Shown one piece after another: positions 1 through 11,389 of a DNA stretch of 64,000 nucleotides (position 1 is its first letter; every line of letters begins with the position of its first letter). Below the pieces are notes generated by a model. That model was not told the origin of the DNA, ran no database searches, and saw nothing but the letters and a program-made list of their open reading frames with translations. This stretch comes from Azolla caroliniana. Its lineage: Eukaryota > Plantae > Polypodiophyta. The DNA lies in NCBI GenBank assembly GCA_043228905.1, contig JBHGNT010000002.1, forward strand, positions 27,528,001 to 27,592,000. The letters are read 5' to 3'. The translations under genes were made by a program, and so were the position numbers.

Positions 1-467
1 CCCCCCCCCCCAATCCCTGGGTGGTTCTAGAAATTATCAGCCTTTACCCTCCCCCCCATATTGCACGTTAGAAGGGTGAGGGCTATGTACAGATGTATAT
101 GCTTTCTCTATATATTTTTATTATCCTCACGCTTTTTGTCTTCCATATTTATTTATTTAGGCGTGGCGGAGGGGGGGGGGGGTTATTTCTGAAATGATCT
201 TAGTTTTCTATTGTTTTTTACCACTCTTTTCTTTTATTGACTATATTTTTTCGTTAAAAAAAAGGGGGGGGGGAGGGGTTAAACGAAGGGTGGGGGTGGT
301 AAATTGAATGAAGAGAGAGAGAGATCAGATCACACGGGCGAAAGGAGAAAATAAAACCACCCACGATATGTATATATAACTGCAGAAGAGAGAGAGAGAA
401 ACAAAAGAGTCTTGTCGATTTACCAAAAGAAAACAAAAAGAGATGTCTTGTAGAGAGAGGAAATTAT

Positions 468-1170
468 AGAAGAAGAAGAAGAAGAAGAAGAAGAAGAAGA
501 AGAAGAAGAGAGGGAGGGCAGGGGCATCATTCGCGGCCATTCAATGGACGGGCGGGCCGTTCGTCCGACGTGGCAAACGGACGCCACATCACTCTTTAAA
601 TCCTGTTTTCAGTTTATTATTTTCCCTGCTCCTTCAGTATGTATTATTAGAAGAAGTAGTAGTAATAATAATAATAATAATAGTTCATGGGAATTTCTCT
701 CCCCACGAACCAAAACAGTCCCTCCTCCTCAACAAACAAGATCTTATCGATTTCTCTCCTCCGCCTCTCTCTGTGCATTAACTGAATTGGATTGAAGCGG
801 CAGCAGACAGACAGACACAGAAAGGAAGGTTAAGATCAGGAAAGAAGCGGGCTTCAAAGCACGGGAAGAAGAAGAAGAAGAAGAAGAAGAAGAAGGAGGA
901 GGAGGAGGAGGAAATTAGAATAATTAGAAGAAACTTGCATTCTGAAGCAGCACCATAAGAACAAGGTTCTGTTCATCTTCATTGGTTTATGGAACATTAG
1001 CAGCACCATAAGAACAAGGTTTTGTTCATCTTCATTGGTTTCTTCAAGAAGAAGAAGAAGTAGAAGAACGGGAGGAAGCAGGACCAGAAGAAGAAGAAGA
1101 AGAAGAAGAAGAAGTTCAGGACCAGGTGGAGGAATTAGACGATTCAGCAGGAAGAAGAAGAAAAAGAAAC
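468..1170 (+). repeat. (GAA)n/(GGA)n purine tracts plus a ~53-bp direct repeat in the promoter/5' leader of the RING gene
   Basis: GAA runs at ~468-508, ~865-910, ~1047-1113 and ~1151-1165; AGCAGCACCATAAGAACAAGGTT(C/T)TGTTCATCTTCATTGGTTT occurs twice at ~945-1041. Confidence 0.85.
568..574 (+). promoter_or_regulatory. ABRE-type ACGTGGC core upstream of the RING gene
   Basis: Sequence CCGACGTGGCA in a locally GC-rich patch, ~780 bp upstream of the ATG. A 7-mer match only, so function is unproven. Confidence 0.25.
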
Positions 1171-1349
1171 AGGAAGAAAAAGGAGAAGCGCAAATTGTTT
1201 CCCTTTTCCATATCCATCGTCTTCTTCGCAATCGTCAGTTTCGTCTTCATTGGATTTGTCGCGGTCTTTGTAGACTGCTGATTTCCTGTCCTTAAATAAT
1301 AGGGATTTTCTTATATTTATTTCTCGCTGTCTTCGAGGCTTATTCGGCG

Positions 1350-4300
1350 ATGGCAGTTCAAGCACAGAATCCATCCACACCTCTTCCTGATCTTCGCAAC
1401 AGGTAGCAAAGTAAAACCAAAATTGTCATTCCTTATCGTTTCTTATTTTGCTTGATTTCTTTTTTTCGCGTCTTAGTCTTTCCTAATCTTATCTGTAAGT
1501 ATTCATTCTCTTCTTGATCTTAATCTTGACCATGACCATTATCAAAACCTTGATCCTTCTTCCGCGTTCCATTATTTTTTCCTGATCGGAGAAACAGGCA
1601 AACACGGTATTTCTTTCTTGATTTTTGTTTCGCTTAACCTTAATATTCTTCTTGTTAAATGTACTTTCTTTTGGATTTTTGGATTCTCTTTGATCATCGT
1701 TATCGCAATCTTGACCGTCGTGCAGATAATTCGAACTTTAATCCTGATTTCGCTTCTTCTTCTTCGTCTTCTTCTTCGTCTTCTTCTTCGTCTTCTTCTT
1801 CGTCTTCTTCTTCCTCCTCCTCCTCCTTTGATTCTTCTTCTTTGGAGTTTTATTTTCGATTCCATGCCATCATTGTATACATCAGTGCTTTTGATCATGG
1901 ATATTGCTCATGTTTTCACTGCTTTCTTCATTGATGCGAGTACAAATTTTCTTCTTGACAATCTTCACAGGTCTCCTACGTCATTATATTTTCGTTCGTG
2001 GATGATGCACAGTTTTACTCAATCTGTTTATTGGTGTAGCAACAATTATTATTATTATTATTTCTTAATCTCAATCCTTTTCATCATTTCTTTCATTATG
2101 TTTCCTATCATAATATTCACCGGACCATAAGTGTCGCTTTCCCTGAATCTCTGCATTGACGCAGCTATGAATTTTCTTTCGTCTTTAATCGATATCATTT
2201 TGATAACTGTTCTCTCTTGACGTTTCTCTTTCTTATTCAACCCGCAGGTCTGTTCAGCCCTCAAATCTCGATTTTTCAAGTGTTGATCCTCGGAGCTTTC
2301 TTATTCCTTTCCCATATGCTGATCTAACGAAATGCCAGCAGTACTCTTTTCCGGGAGTAATTCCATTGATGAATGGCCAAGAAAGAATTCCAGAATCAGG
2401 TTTTTGATCTTATCTTTAATAAATGTATCGCAGTATTACTTCTTTAAACCTTGCTTAATCTCTTTCGTAGCTGCTGCCAATCTTCTCTCCAGTTTTAATA
2501 CACTCTTTAATAATCTCTGTTTATCTTTAATGCTACTCTAAAACTGCCTTAATCTTGGTAATTAGTGCTGCTAATTTCTTTGGTTTTAATAATATTTTTA
2601 ATAATATCAATCGCAGTAACTGTTGCTGCTAGTCTTTTAGTGTTGATGCTCCACAAGTCCAATCTTCCATTTTCTCTCTTTAATATCCAAGCTTTCCGTA
2701 GATCTTATTAATTGTTCCTGTTATCCTTTTTCGAAATCGACCGAACATGAATCCAGTCTTCCATCATCTCTGTTTAATTCCTAACCTTCGTCATATTTCA
2801 TAAATAGTTTTTTCCATCTCTTTTAATCTCCAATGCTTCATTAAATCTTACCTTCTCTTGCGAAATAATCTGTTTAATATTTAGATCCGCTATTCTCAGT
2901 CAGTAGTGGCTAATATTTTATTTTGCATCCATTATGGTCTGCGTCTGTTTCTTGATTATACAGTTGCCCTCACTACATCGACCCCAGCTATGCTACAAAA
3001 CTTAACAGTTTTGCATAATCATCAACTGCAGACTCAACCTCAGACACCAAATGGAAATCCTAGTTTGCAACAACAAACAGGTCAAAGAAAACGGAGGAGA
3101 AGTTCTCATCAGATCCCTCAGATGGCTGCTTCACCATCCGTTCAACAACAGCTGGTGGATCTGAATCAGATTCATGGTTGCCCCTCTCTGGATCCTCTAT
3201 CTGGGATAGTTTCCACAGGCCTCCGATTAGCATTCGATGATGATCGTTCCACTGTCACTAGCTCTAGACTGGATGCTCGAAATGTCACAATTGGTGACGA
3301 ATTCTCTGGTCAATTATTGCAACAGCAAGATGATATCAAACAACTCTTACAAACTCAGGTATGGTTTGTTTCATCTTGTTTCTTTAGCTCTCGAAATAGC
3401 ACCTTTCAGAAATTGTGATGGAGTGTGTGATTGAGTAATCTATCCATTCATTGATTTGCATAGAAATTTGATCCATCAATTGATTTAGAGATAAAGTCCA
3501 GACCTGGAAGTTGAGATCCGTGAATTACTTTTCAGTTTTAACTGATGAAATTTGTCAAGTCTATTCTCTATTCTCTATCGTTTATGGAAATAATAATCCA
3601 CATCTATAGTTTATTTGTCGGGGATGGCTGATCTCCATTGCATTGCACGGTAATGTAATGTTGGAATGTTAGCACTCCATGTTTTCTTTATCTCAATGTA
3701 AGCATACTATGGTCATTAATTGTTTCAATATAAGCACTTCCATGGCTATATAATTTTCTGAATGTAGTATTTTTCTACCAGTTGGACCAATTGAGACAAG
3801 CCATAGAAGAACGAACACAACGCCATTCGAAAGCTCTCTTCACAACTCTAGAAGAAGAGGTAACACGCAGGATAAGAGAACGCGATGTGGAATTAGAGAG
3901 AGTAAGCAAGAGAGCATTGGATCTGGAAGAAAGAGTCAAGCATTTGAGTATGGAGACACACAGCTGGCAAAGCAAAGCAAAGAGCTATGAATCCATGGTG
4001 ACTGTATTGCGTGCGAACTTGCAGCATGCATTGATTCACAACCAGAATCGGGTCGAACAAAGCAAACTATTAGAAGGATGTGGTGATAGTGAAGCTGATG
4101 ATGCGGTTTCGGTGCATATCGATAACAATGCTGAAGCACAACAATCCCGAGCCACAATGATGATGATGAAGAAGAAGAGAGGTGCTTCTTGTACAGATTC
4201 ATCCTCTTCTGGTGGTACGAGATTTTGTAGGAAATGTGGTTCAAAAGAAGCCACACTGCTCTTGTTGCCATGTTTGCACTTGTGTCTCTGCAATGATTGC

Positions 4301-4372
4301 AATGTAAGAATGGATAAATGCCCCGTGTGCAATTTGGCAAAGAGCGCATATGTGGAAGTATATCTCTGTTGA
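1350..4372 (+). CDS. BRG: BOI-related / S-ribonuclease-binding-protein (SBP) family RING-HC E3 ubiquitin ligase, 4 exons, ~396 aa
   Basis: Exons 1350-1402 (MAVQAQNPS..., the family-typical N-terminus), 2248-2399, 2964-3358 (VSTGLRLAFDD motif) and 3782-4372 (coiled coil, EGCGDSEADDA, C-terminal CRKC...LLLPCLHLCLCNDC...CPVC RING-HC). All introns are GT..AG, phases join, and the total of 1191 nt is divisible by 3. Confidence 0.9.
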
Positions 4373-6584
4373 GATGATATATACACTATTCTTAGTTTTG
4401 TTCGGAGGGGAAATCAAATTGATGGCATTCCTCTCTCTCTCTCTCTCTCTATTTGCGTGGATGAATTGAAATAGTGCTTTGAGAGTGAAGAAGAGTATTC
4501 CTTCATTTGAATGTGCTCCTTACTACAACTCTGTGTGAGGGACAAAGTCTCTCTCTTTCTCTCTCTCCAATGTATATGTCTCCACTATCGGAGTTGTTTG
4601 TTGCATCAAAGTTAAAAGCTGCTCCGTTGATGAAAATGGGATCCCAATATGATAATTTTTTATAACCATATCTCTTTTGTAAACAAGATGCAGTGATAAT
4701 GTTTTTTGTACGAAATCAAAGGAATTAGCGTTGAATTGATGGGCACGATATTATTGCACTGCCATCTTGTTAATTGATGATTTTATGATGGATTCCAAAA
4801 ACTGAGTCGACACTCCTGTGTGTGACACACTCTTATTGGAGTGTTTTTTAATGCATGAGTTCGTTAATGGGGCTTACTGTGCCATGTTATCGAATAACAA
4901 AGTTTCTATTATAATTGCTCAAAAATTGTCTAATGAAAATTACTCCAGAAAAGCCTTATTTGATCTTCTTTACCTTATGCTATGCTTTCGTTCCAAGGCT
5001 ACTTATGGATGGACAGATCAATATAAATATAAATAAACATCTCGTTCACTTGATAGCATTTAGACTCTTTTCAACGTCTCTAATGTATGTACCCACCCTT
5101 CTTGTAATGGACCTGGATATTTACGAACCATTTCTCTGTATCAGTGTATCACCTATATATATGGTTGTAAAGACGAAAAGGGTGATTGAATGTGCAGTGT
5201 TTTTGTTTTTGGCATCTTTCAGAAACCCTCGAGTTTGTTGCTTTTGAAGAATGCTACATAAAAAGGAAGGAAACATACAAAGCCTCAGCAACATATTGCA
5301 AAAGAAGAGAGAGGAACACAGAAAAGGAGAGACAGAAGAAAGATTTCAGATGAAGAAACAAAGCCCAACACAAAAAACCTAAAGAGCATTTCTATGTGGA
5401 TTTTGATGATGATACAGAGGGAAATGGAGTGGGGATGTATCTTTCCTCCAAGAATCTGTCATAACACGAGTACCGCTCGCACAACAATATGGCCTAAAAG
5501 GGAAAAAGGAAAAACAAATGCAATTGATAAACATCGAAGGCTCAAAAAATTCAGTGTCCTTTTCTGTCTTTTCACGGCATAAAGTCTTATGTATAGTGAT
5601 GCAAAGGCACTTATCTTAACATGTGCGAAGAAGTCTCTCTGTCTCTCTTTTATGTCTATAAACAATACTTCATTGCAGAGATGAGCTTTGTATACCTGTT
5701 TTACATGAGATACAGAGAAAAACAAAATGTCAGTAGATTTGTTTCTCTTTGCGCTTTTAATCAGGAGAGGAAATCAGGTCATCGCTGTTGTTGTAAGAGA
5801 GATAGTGGGAAAGGAAAAAGCTGACAATTTGCATATAATATATATATATTGTGAATGTGAGTGTCTGTGTATATATGTAATGAATGCTGTACATATAGAG
5901 TGGCAGTGATTTTAGCTAGATACACAGACCTACACAGACACACATGGAGAACATTACCCAAATATGCTCATTATATTTATTTATACACAATACAAAAGGT
6001 ATGCTTTTGCTTTCAATCAAAGGTTAGTGGCTCCTTTACATCTAACCTGAAAATTAAGGTTAAACGTAAACGTTACCCAACTAACGTGACCAAGTTACTA
6101 TTAAGAGTATATATACACGAGCTTCAGCCACCCAATAATCGTTAGCTAATAATCCGATCATTTCCTTTCTATCAGCGTCGCATGCAACCTGATCGAAGGA
6201 AACGCCTCTAAATTAAGAATCCTGGCCATGCCCGCTTTCCGATCAGATACAGCATAATTAGGGGATAAATAACTTAACGATGGCCAACCCAATCCAACTC
6301 GAGAGAAATTAATAACCGAAAACGTTCTATTTTTAAAGCATAAAAGGCACAGTTCAAACTTCACCGAGTGATTCCTTTAAAGTAAGAAGGTAATGTTATG
6401 GGTAACTTTTAATCCAACGGCGATTACACATTTGTAGTTTGGGGTAACTTTTGGCGCACATTACTCCCGTAAATTTCCTTGCATGATATCATGTATGTAT
6501 GTAAGAATAACAAAATACATAACAAAGAGAAGAGAAACGTGTATGTGTGTTGAATTACATATACATATTCTCATCTTCATCGGA

Positions 6585-6692
6585 TGCATGCATGCATGCA
6601 TGCATGTATGTATGTATGTATGTATGTATGTATGTATGTATGTATGTATGTATGTATGTATGCATTTATGTATGTATGTATGTATGTATGTG
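6585..6692. repeat. (TGCA)n/(TATG)n microsatellite
   Basis: Direct reading; it explains the spurious MYVC/HTYI ORFs in this interval. Confidence 0.95.
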
Positions 6693-7802
6693 TAGTACAT
6701 AAGTAGCAACGACATGCAAACGGCGTGACTTGAAATCACGAGGTCATGGTTTAAAAAAATGCGGTTGGGCAGAGTGTCATTGCCCCATGCCAGTCTATCT
6801 ATTTATGCTTTCAAAAATTTACACTTCCCAGTCTCTTTCGGCGTTTCTTCATAATCGCCTTCTCTCGTGAGCCCCCCCCCCCCCAACTAAACCCATGTGA
6901 AGTGCACACGAATTAATTTGACCCTCATTTGCACCTTTTGCCCTCTACTCACTTAATGATTGAGGAGGAATAAACATCATTTGTGGTGGGTTGTCAAATG
7001 GCCTACACATTCTTTTATTCGTATATTTTTATTGAATCACAATAAAACCCTTTAGAGAAAAACTTGCAACGGGAAGACTTTGAATGGCATAAATTAGATA
7101 CTCATGAAATGTATAGCCTACATTAAGGCCCTACGTGTACACACCTACACATTACTTTATCTACCCATAGGCAACATAATTTGTGTATCCATGGGTGGGG
7201 TAGGTACATGCGTATATTCTTGTGTATGTATGCGTGCCAATACACGCGCATATACACACATATGTACATATATTAAAGTTGGATGTATGTTGATTGTGTA
7301 TGGGTGTATATAAAATACATTATTATTATCTCTTGAGTGCATGTATGTGCAACCATATGAAAATTTTGAAAATGATTAAGTTGCTGATATGTCACTTGTA
7401 AGTATCTTGATCCTTGAGGTCATCAAATTCCGGTATTTGGTAAATGAATATGGTATGGTGTTGAAAGCTAGGTGTGGAGTGTATGAAGCTTCAAGCATAA
7501 GGTGTATGAGTTCGTGACTCGCGACTTAGTCGCTTGGCAATTTCATGAACTAAAGAATTGTGATACTTGTTTGCCTTTGATGAACTGCACTCTAATGTGC
7601 TTGTTGTCCATATAATCTTTGTGGCTTGATCGTGGTCCAGACTCCAATAAATCCTTCTTATCTCTCACATGCACCTATAATAAACAATCACAAGAACACA
7701 CCATGGTCAATGATTCTTGTGTCACAGTGAATTCATTAGATATTTTGACTATGAAACCATTAACCTCATGGCACTCTTTAATATAAACCACAATACAATT
7801 TA

Positions 7803-8085
7803 GAGAAAAGTACCAGGATACCCCTGGAAGTTTGTCTATTTACCAGAATGCCCCTAGAAGTTCCAAATTTACCAAACTACCCCAATGTCCAAAAAAGTAC
7901 ACTTTATAAAGTAATTATACACTCAAATCTACAAGCTCTATTTACCAAAGATGGAAGAAATGGACCTGAACTAGCCCTATTTACGAAAGATTTGCGTGTG
8001 TAATTACTGTATAAAGTGTACTTTTTTGGACGTAGGGGTAATTTGGTAAATTTGGAACTTCCACGGGTATCCTAGTACTTTTCCC
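7803..8085. mobile_element. Mutator-like (MULE) MITE, 283 bp, with long TIRs and a 9-bp TSD
   Basis: The left end GAGAAAAGTACCAGGATACCCCTGGAAG matches the reverse complement of the right end (GGGAAAAGTACTAGGATACCCGTGGAAG), and inverted similarity continues inward (TCCAAAAAAGTACACTTTATA). Perfect flanking TACAATTTA at 7794-7802 and 8086-8094. A 9-bp TSD with G-starting long TIRs is typical of Mutator elements. Confidence 0.85.
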
Positions 8086-8255
8086 TACAATTTATTACGT
8101 GTGAATAAATTGAGCAAGGATGTTCGATGAGATAGAAAGCTATGAAACACCATCAGTGGACTATTGGATGTGTTGATTCCCAATATGGAAAACTATTGAG
8201 TGCTCTTGTTATGGAATAATGGACCGATACACATATTCTCAAATCACGTGTTCTC

Positions 8256-8525
8256 CTATTAAATAACCAATATCATGTCACATAAAAAATGGTCAATTAA
8301 GTTATGTTCTTTGTCCCTACATCCAATGGATATGCTTTATTATATGACAATTGTTACAATTAGTATAATAGATTAGTAGTTGTTCATACCCTATTAAATA
8401 ACCAATATCATGTCACATAAAAAATGGTCAATTAAGTTATGTTCTTTGTCCCTACATCCAATGGATATGCTTTATTATATGACAATTGTTACAATTAGTA
8501 TAATAGATTAGTAGTTGTTCATACC
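8256..8525. repeat. Exact 135-bp tandem duplication
   Basis: CTATTAAATAACCAATATC...GTTGTTCATACC at 8256-8390 is repeated at 8391-8525. Confidence 0.9.
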
Positions 8526-10871
8526 ATAATCAATTAGCTTGCGAAGAACCTTTTAGCCTTTTCAAGTGCAAACAAAATGTTTGGACTTATTTTGGAGGTG
8601 GGCCGATGGGGGCATTTCAAAATATTGTTGTTGTAGTATTATTTGGAAGGTTTATAATTTAACATTTGTTGGTTAAAGAACCTAAAGTTCAGTTAAATAT
8701 TCCAACTTATTGTGGGCTAAAATGAGAGAGAAACTTAAAACAAAATTAGACTTTTAGGAGAGGTTACATTTTGAGTGAGTATTTGACATTAAAAATTTAA
8801 AAGAGGATGAGGCACCACTATTGTGGAGGGCCATCGAGAGTCAATGCTCCTACAAGGTCATCACGTCATTGCAAGAGCATGTCAAATTCTTTGGCAAGTT
8901 TTGTAGGTTCCTTTTCAAACAATTGTTGTCATAGAATTGAAAGATGGCATTGGAACAACATTGTAATAGAGAACACATACATCTACCATGATGACACTTA
9001 CCCCATTGAAGGTCAAGTTTTTTTGTGTAGATTTTTGTCTCTTTGGGTTTAGATTGTAATGTACAAGATAAAATAGTCACTCTCCACTGATGAGTATATG
9101 CTCTCTCCATGTCTGTGGAGTCATATGTTGCAATAATAACATAGAGCCACATCCAAACTCACAAAAGATCAAACAACAAGGTATCCATTAGAAAAACACG
9201 AATTTAAGGAGCGCTATACAAATTGAAATTTAGTGTAGTTTGGTTGATCGTCTTATGATTATGAATTTCAAAGAGGGAATGACAAGGCTCAAAGATTACA
9301 ATATATCCACAAAGAACCTCCAAATTCGACCTTCTAACTTGTTTAAAATATGATGAACATAAAACAGTTCCCTATGATGTAAGAAATATCACACTTTGAT
9401 GAATATGTAGGGGACTAACAATACATTACAAAATGGTTATGTTAATGAGATGTAAACCGATCATTCACTTATAAACATAATGTTGATGAATTGACCTCCG
9501 CACACACACACTCACACACACACTCTCTCTCTCACACACACACAACTCATGACAACAAAGTAAAATAATAAATTATGAAGAAGATTCTCCAAAGAGTTAC
9601 CATTTTGATGATGATAATGTTGGCATTTAGGATTAAGCATTTGTCATGCACATGCTTAGGAAATATGAACCAACATAGTGTAAGTGTAAAAATCTTATGG
9701 ACGTTGTGAATTCACACACTCTAATCGTAGAGTGTCAATGAAAGAGTGACAAATTCATGCTTAACAAAGGTAACTTGTGTAACACAATCACACAAAATCT
9801 TTATATATGTACCTATCTTCCATGCAAATTCCAAGATATACACACATGGCTAATGTTCCATTTGTGGCCATAACATGGTTCATGATATATAAAGCCTTCT
9901 TCTAAACCATCCACAGGTTCTTTTATTATTTTGAATATGTAAAAGGAGCTTAGATAATAATGAGGAGAGCCAAGTGGGCATCATTAAACTCAACTTCAAG
10001 TTGTGTCATTTGTACATTACACCATCTCTAGGTGTGCATGATATAGCCGGTGTAGAATTTTAAGCCATCACCTTATTTCATAACCAATAATCAATGAAAA
10101 AAAATTAACACAAGAAGAAGCATTATCTTTGATCGAGATAACTTGCACATCTTGCCATACTTAATACTTTTTGCCCAAATTTTGGAAGATCAAAGATTAT
10201 CTCATCATAAGATGCGTGACTTACTAAAGTACTTTCTTGCTATTCCAAATTAGGCTCTAAATTCTACAACACCGTACATGTGTCATAGTAACCAGGAAAA
10301 TGACTTGAAATAACTCTCATTTTGGAGTGTTAGTATGTCATAGACAATAACACCACCATAGATAGTCAACAATGCAATTTATCACACATATTTTACATTG
10401 TATGTCACAACTTATCTTTGGATGGGAGAAGATTAAAAATACATTTGCTCTTATGGTGAAGTCAAAGCATAGGAATTGGGGCATGTAGACACTAAACACT
10501 ATTAACCACAATTGTGCAATGGTATAAATTCAATAGAGTTTGCTTATTGATAAAATAGTATTGCCATTGGAAACGAACTTCTAATTCTGCGAGTGCAAGT
10601 AATTAAGGTTTAAAAATATGAAAGAATTGTACGAGTAGGTAGAGTCTTTAAATGATGCAAGTGTGTAAAGAAGGAACTAAGGTGGCATTGAGACAAAATG
10701 ACAATGATTGGTTTTGTATTATCATTTAAATTCCATTTAACACTTTTCCTAATTTGCAAGATTATTTCGCCTTATTTGACTAGAGATATTATTAGATAAT
10801 GAACACATCTACATACTTTCTTGATCCTATTTAGTTGAAAGATGGTTATCAATTTAAAACTAGATGACCTC

Positions 10872-10979
10872 TCAATCGGAGGGTGATTCCCCGATATATG
10901 TATAAGCCACCTTGTATAGTCTTTCTGTAATAATCTCTCCTAACTAATGGGAAAGTAACTTCTTTTTGGAAAAAAAAAA
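10872..10979 (+). mobile_element. Very short 5'-truncated L1-type 3' end with poly(A)
   Basis: Ends TAACTAATGGGAAAGTAACTTCTTTTTGG-A(n). Flanked by the near-duplicate AAAACTAGATGACCTC / AAAACTAGAAGATGACCTC. The body (GGGTGATTCCC...TATAGTCTTT.TGTAA.AATCTCTC) matches the 3' UTR at ~59840-59925. Confidence 0.7.
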
Positions 10980-11389
10980 CTAGAAGATGACCTCGCACAT
11001 TAAGCTATAAGATTTCACAACAGCACATATTGAAGTTGTCCAACGAAAATTTAGGAATGAATGTGCACAATGAATAATTTTGGAATCGACTATTGGTATC
11101 TCGTGAATTATTCGGCCAATCAACAAGAGTTATTGACTCAAAAAATAATTACTAGGATTAATTACAATACCTTCCTAGCAGCCTAAAAGCAATTTAAAAA
11201 ACAGACAAAAGTTCCACCTGAGCCATTTAATTCATAACTAGTCCACGATCAATTTGAACAGTGCTATGTCATGCATTTAATCGACACAATAAACAAGAAG
11301 ATTGTCTTTTCTCGCTATCACACGATTATGGCATCACAAAGAGCTATACAAATACTCACGAAGGACATGCTCTTTCTTGCAAAATAACT

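Noticed and set aside
854-2130. Long Arg-, Leu- and Ser-run ORFs around the RING gene 5' region and intron 1
   Set aside because: They are translations of (GAA)n and (CTTCTTCTTCGT)n microsatellites; the real frame is explained by spliced exons.
6461-6739. MYVC/HTYI-repeat ORFs (also at 14.1, 39.6, 41.3, 46.0 and 52.3 kb)
   Set aside because: Products of (TATG)n/(CA)n microsatellites, with no coding signature.
9590-9900. Possible very old Copia RT remnant on the minus strand (KKALY-like and ..NANIIII-like patches)
   Set aside because: Too degenerate to support by eye; needs a profile search.
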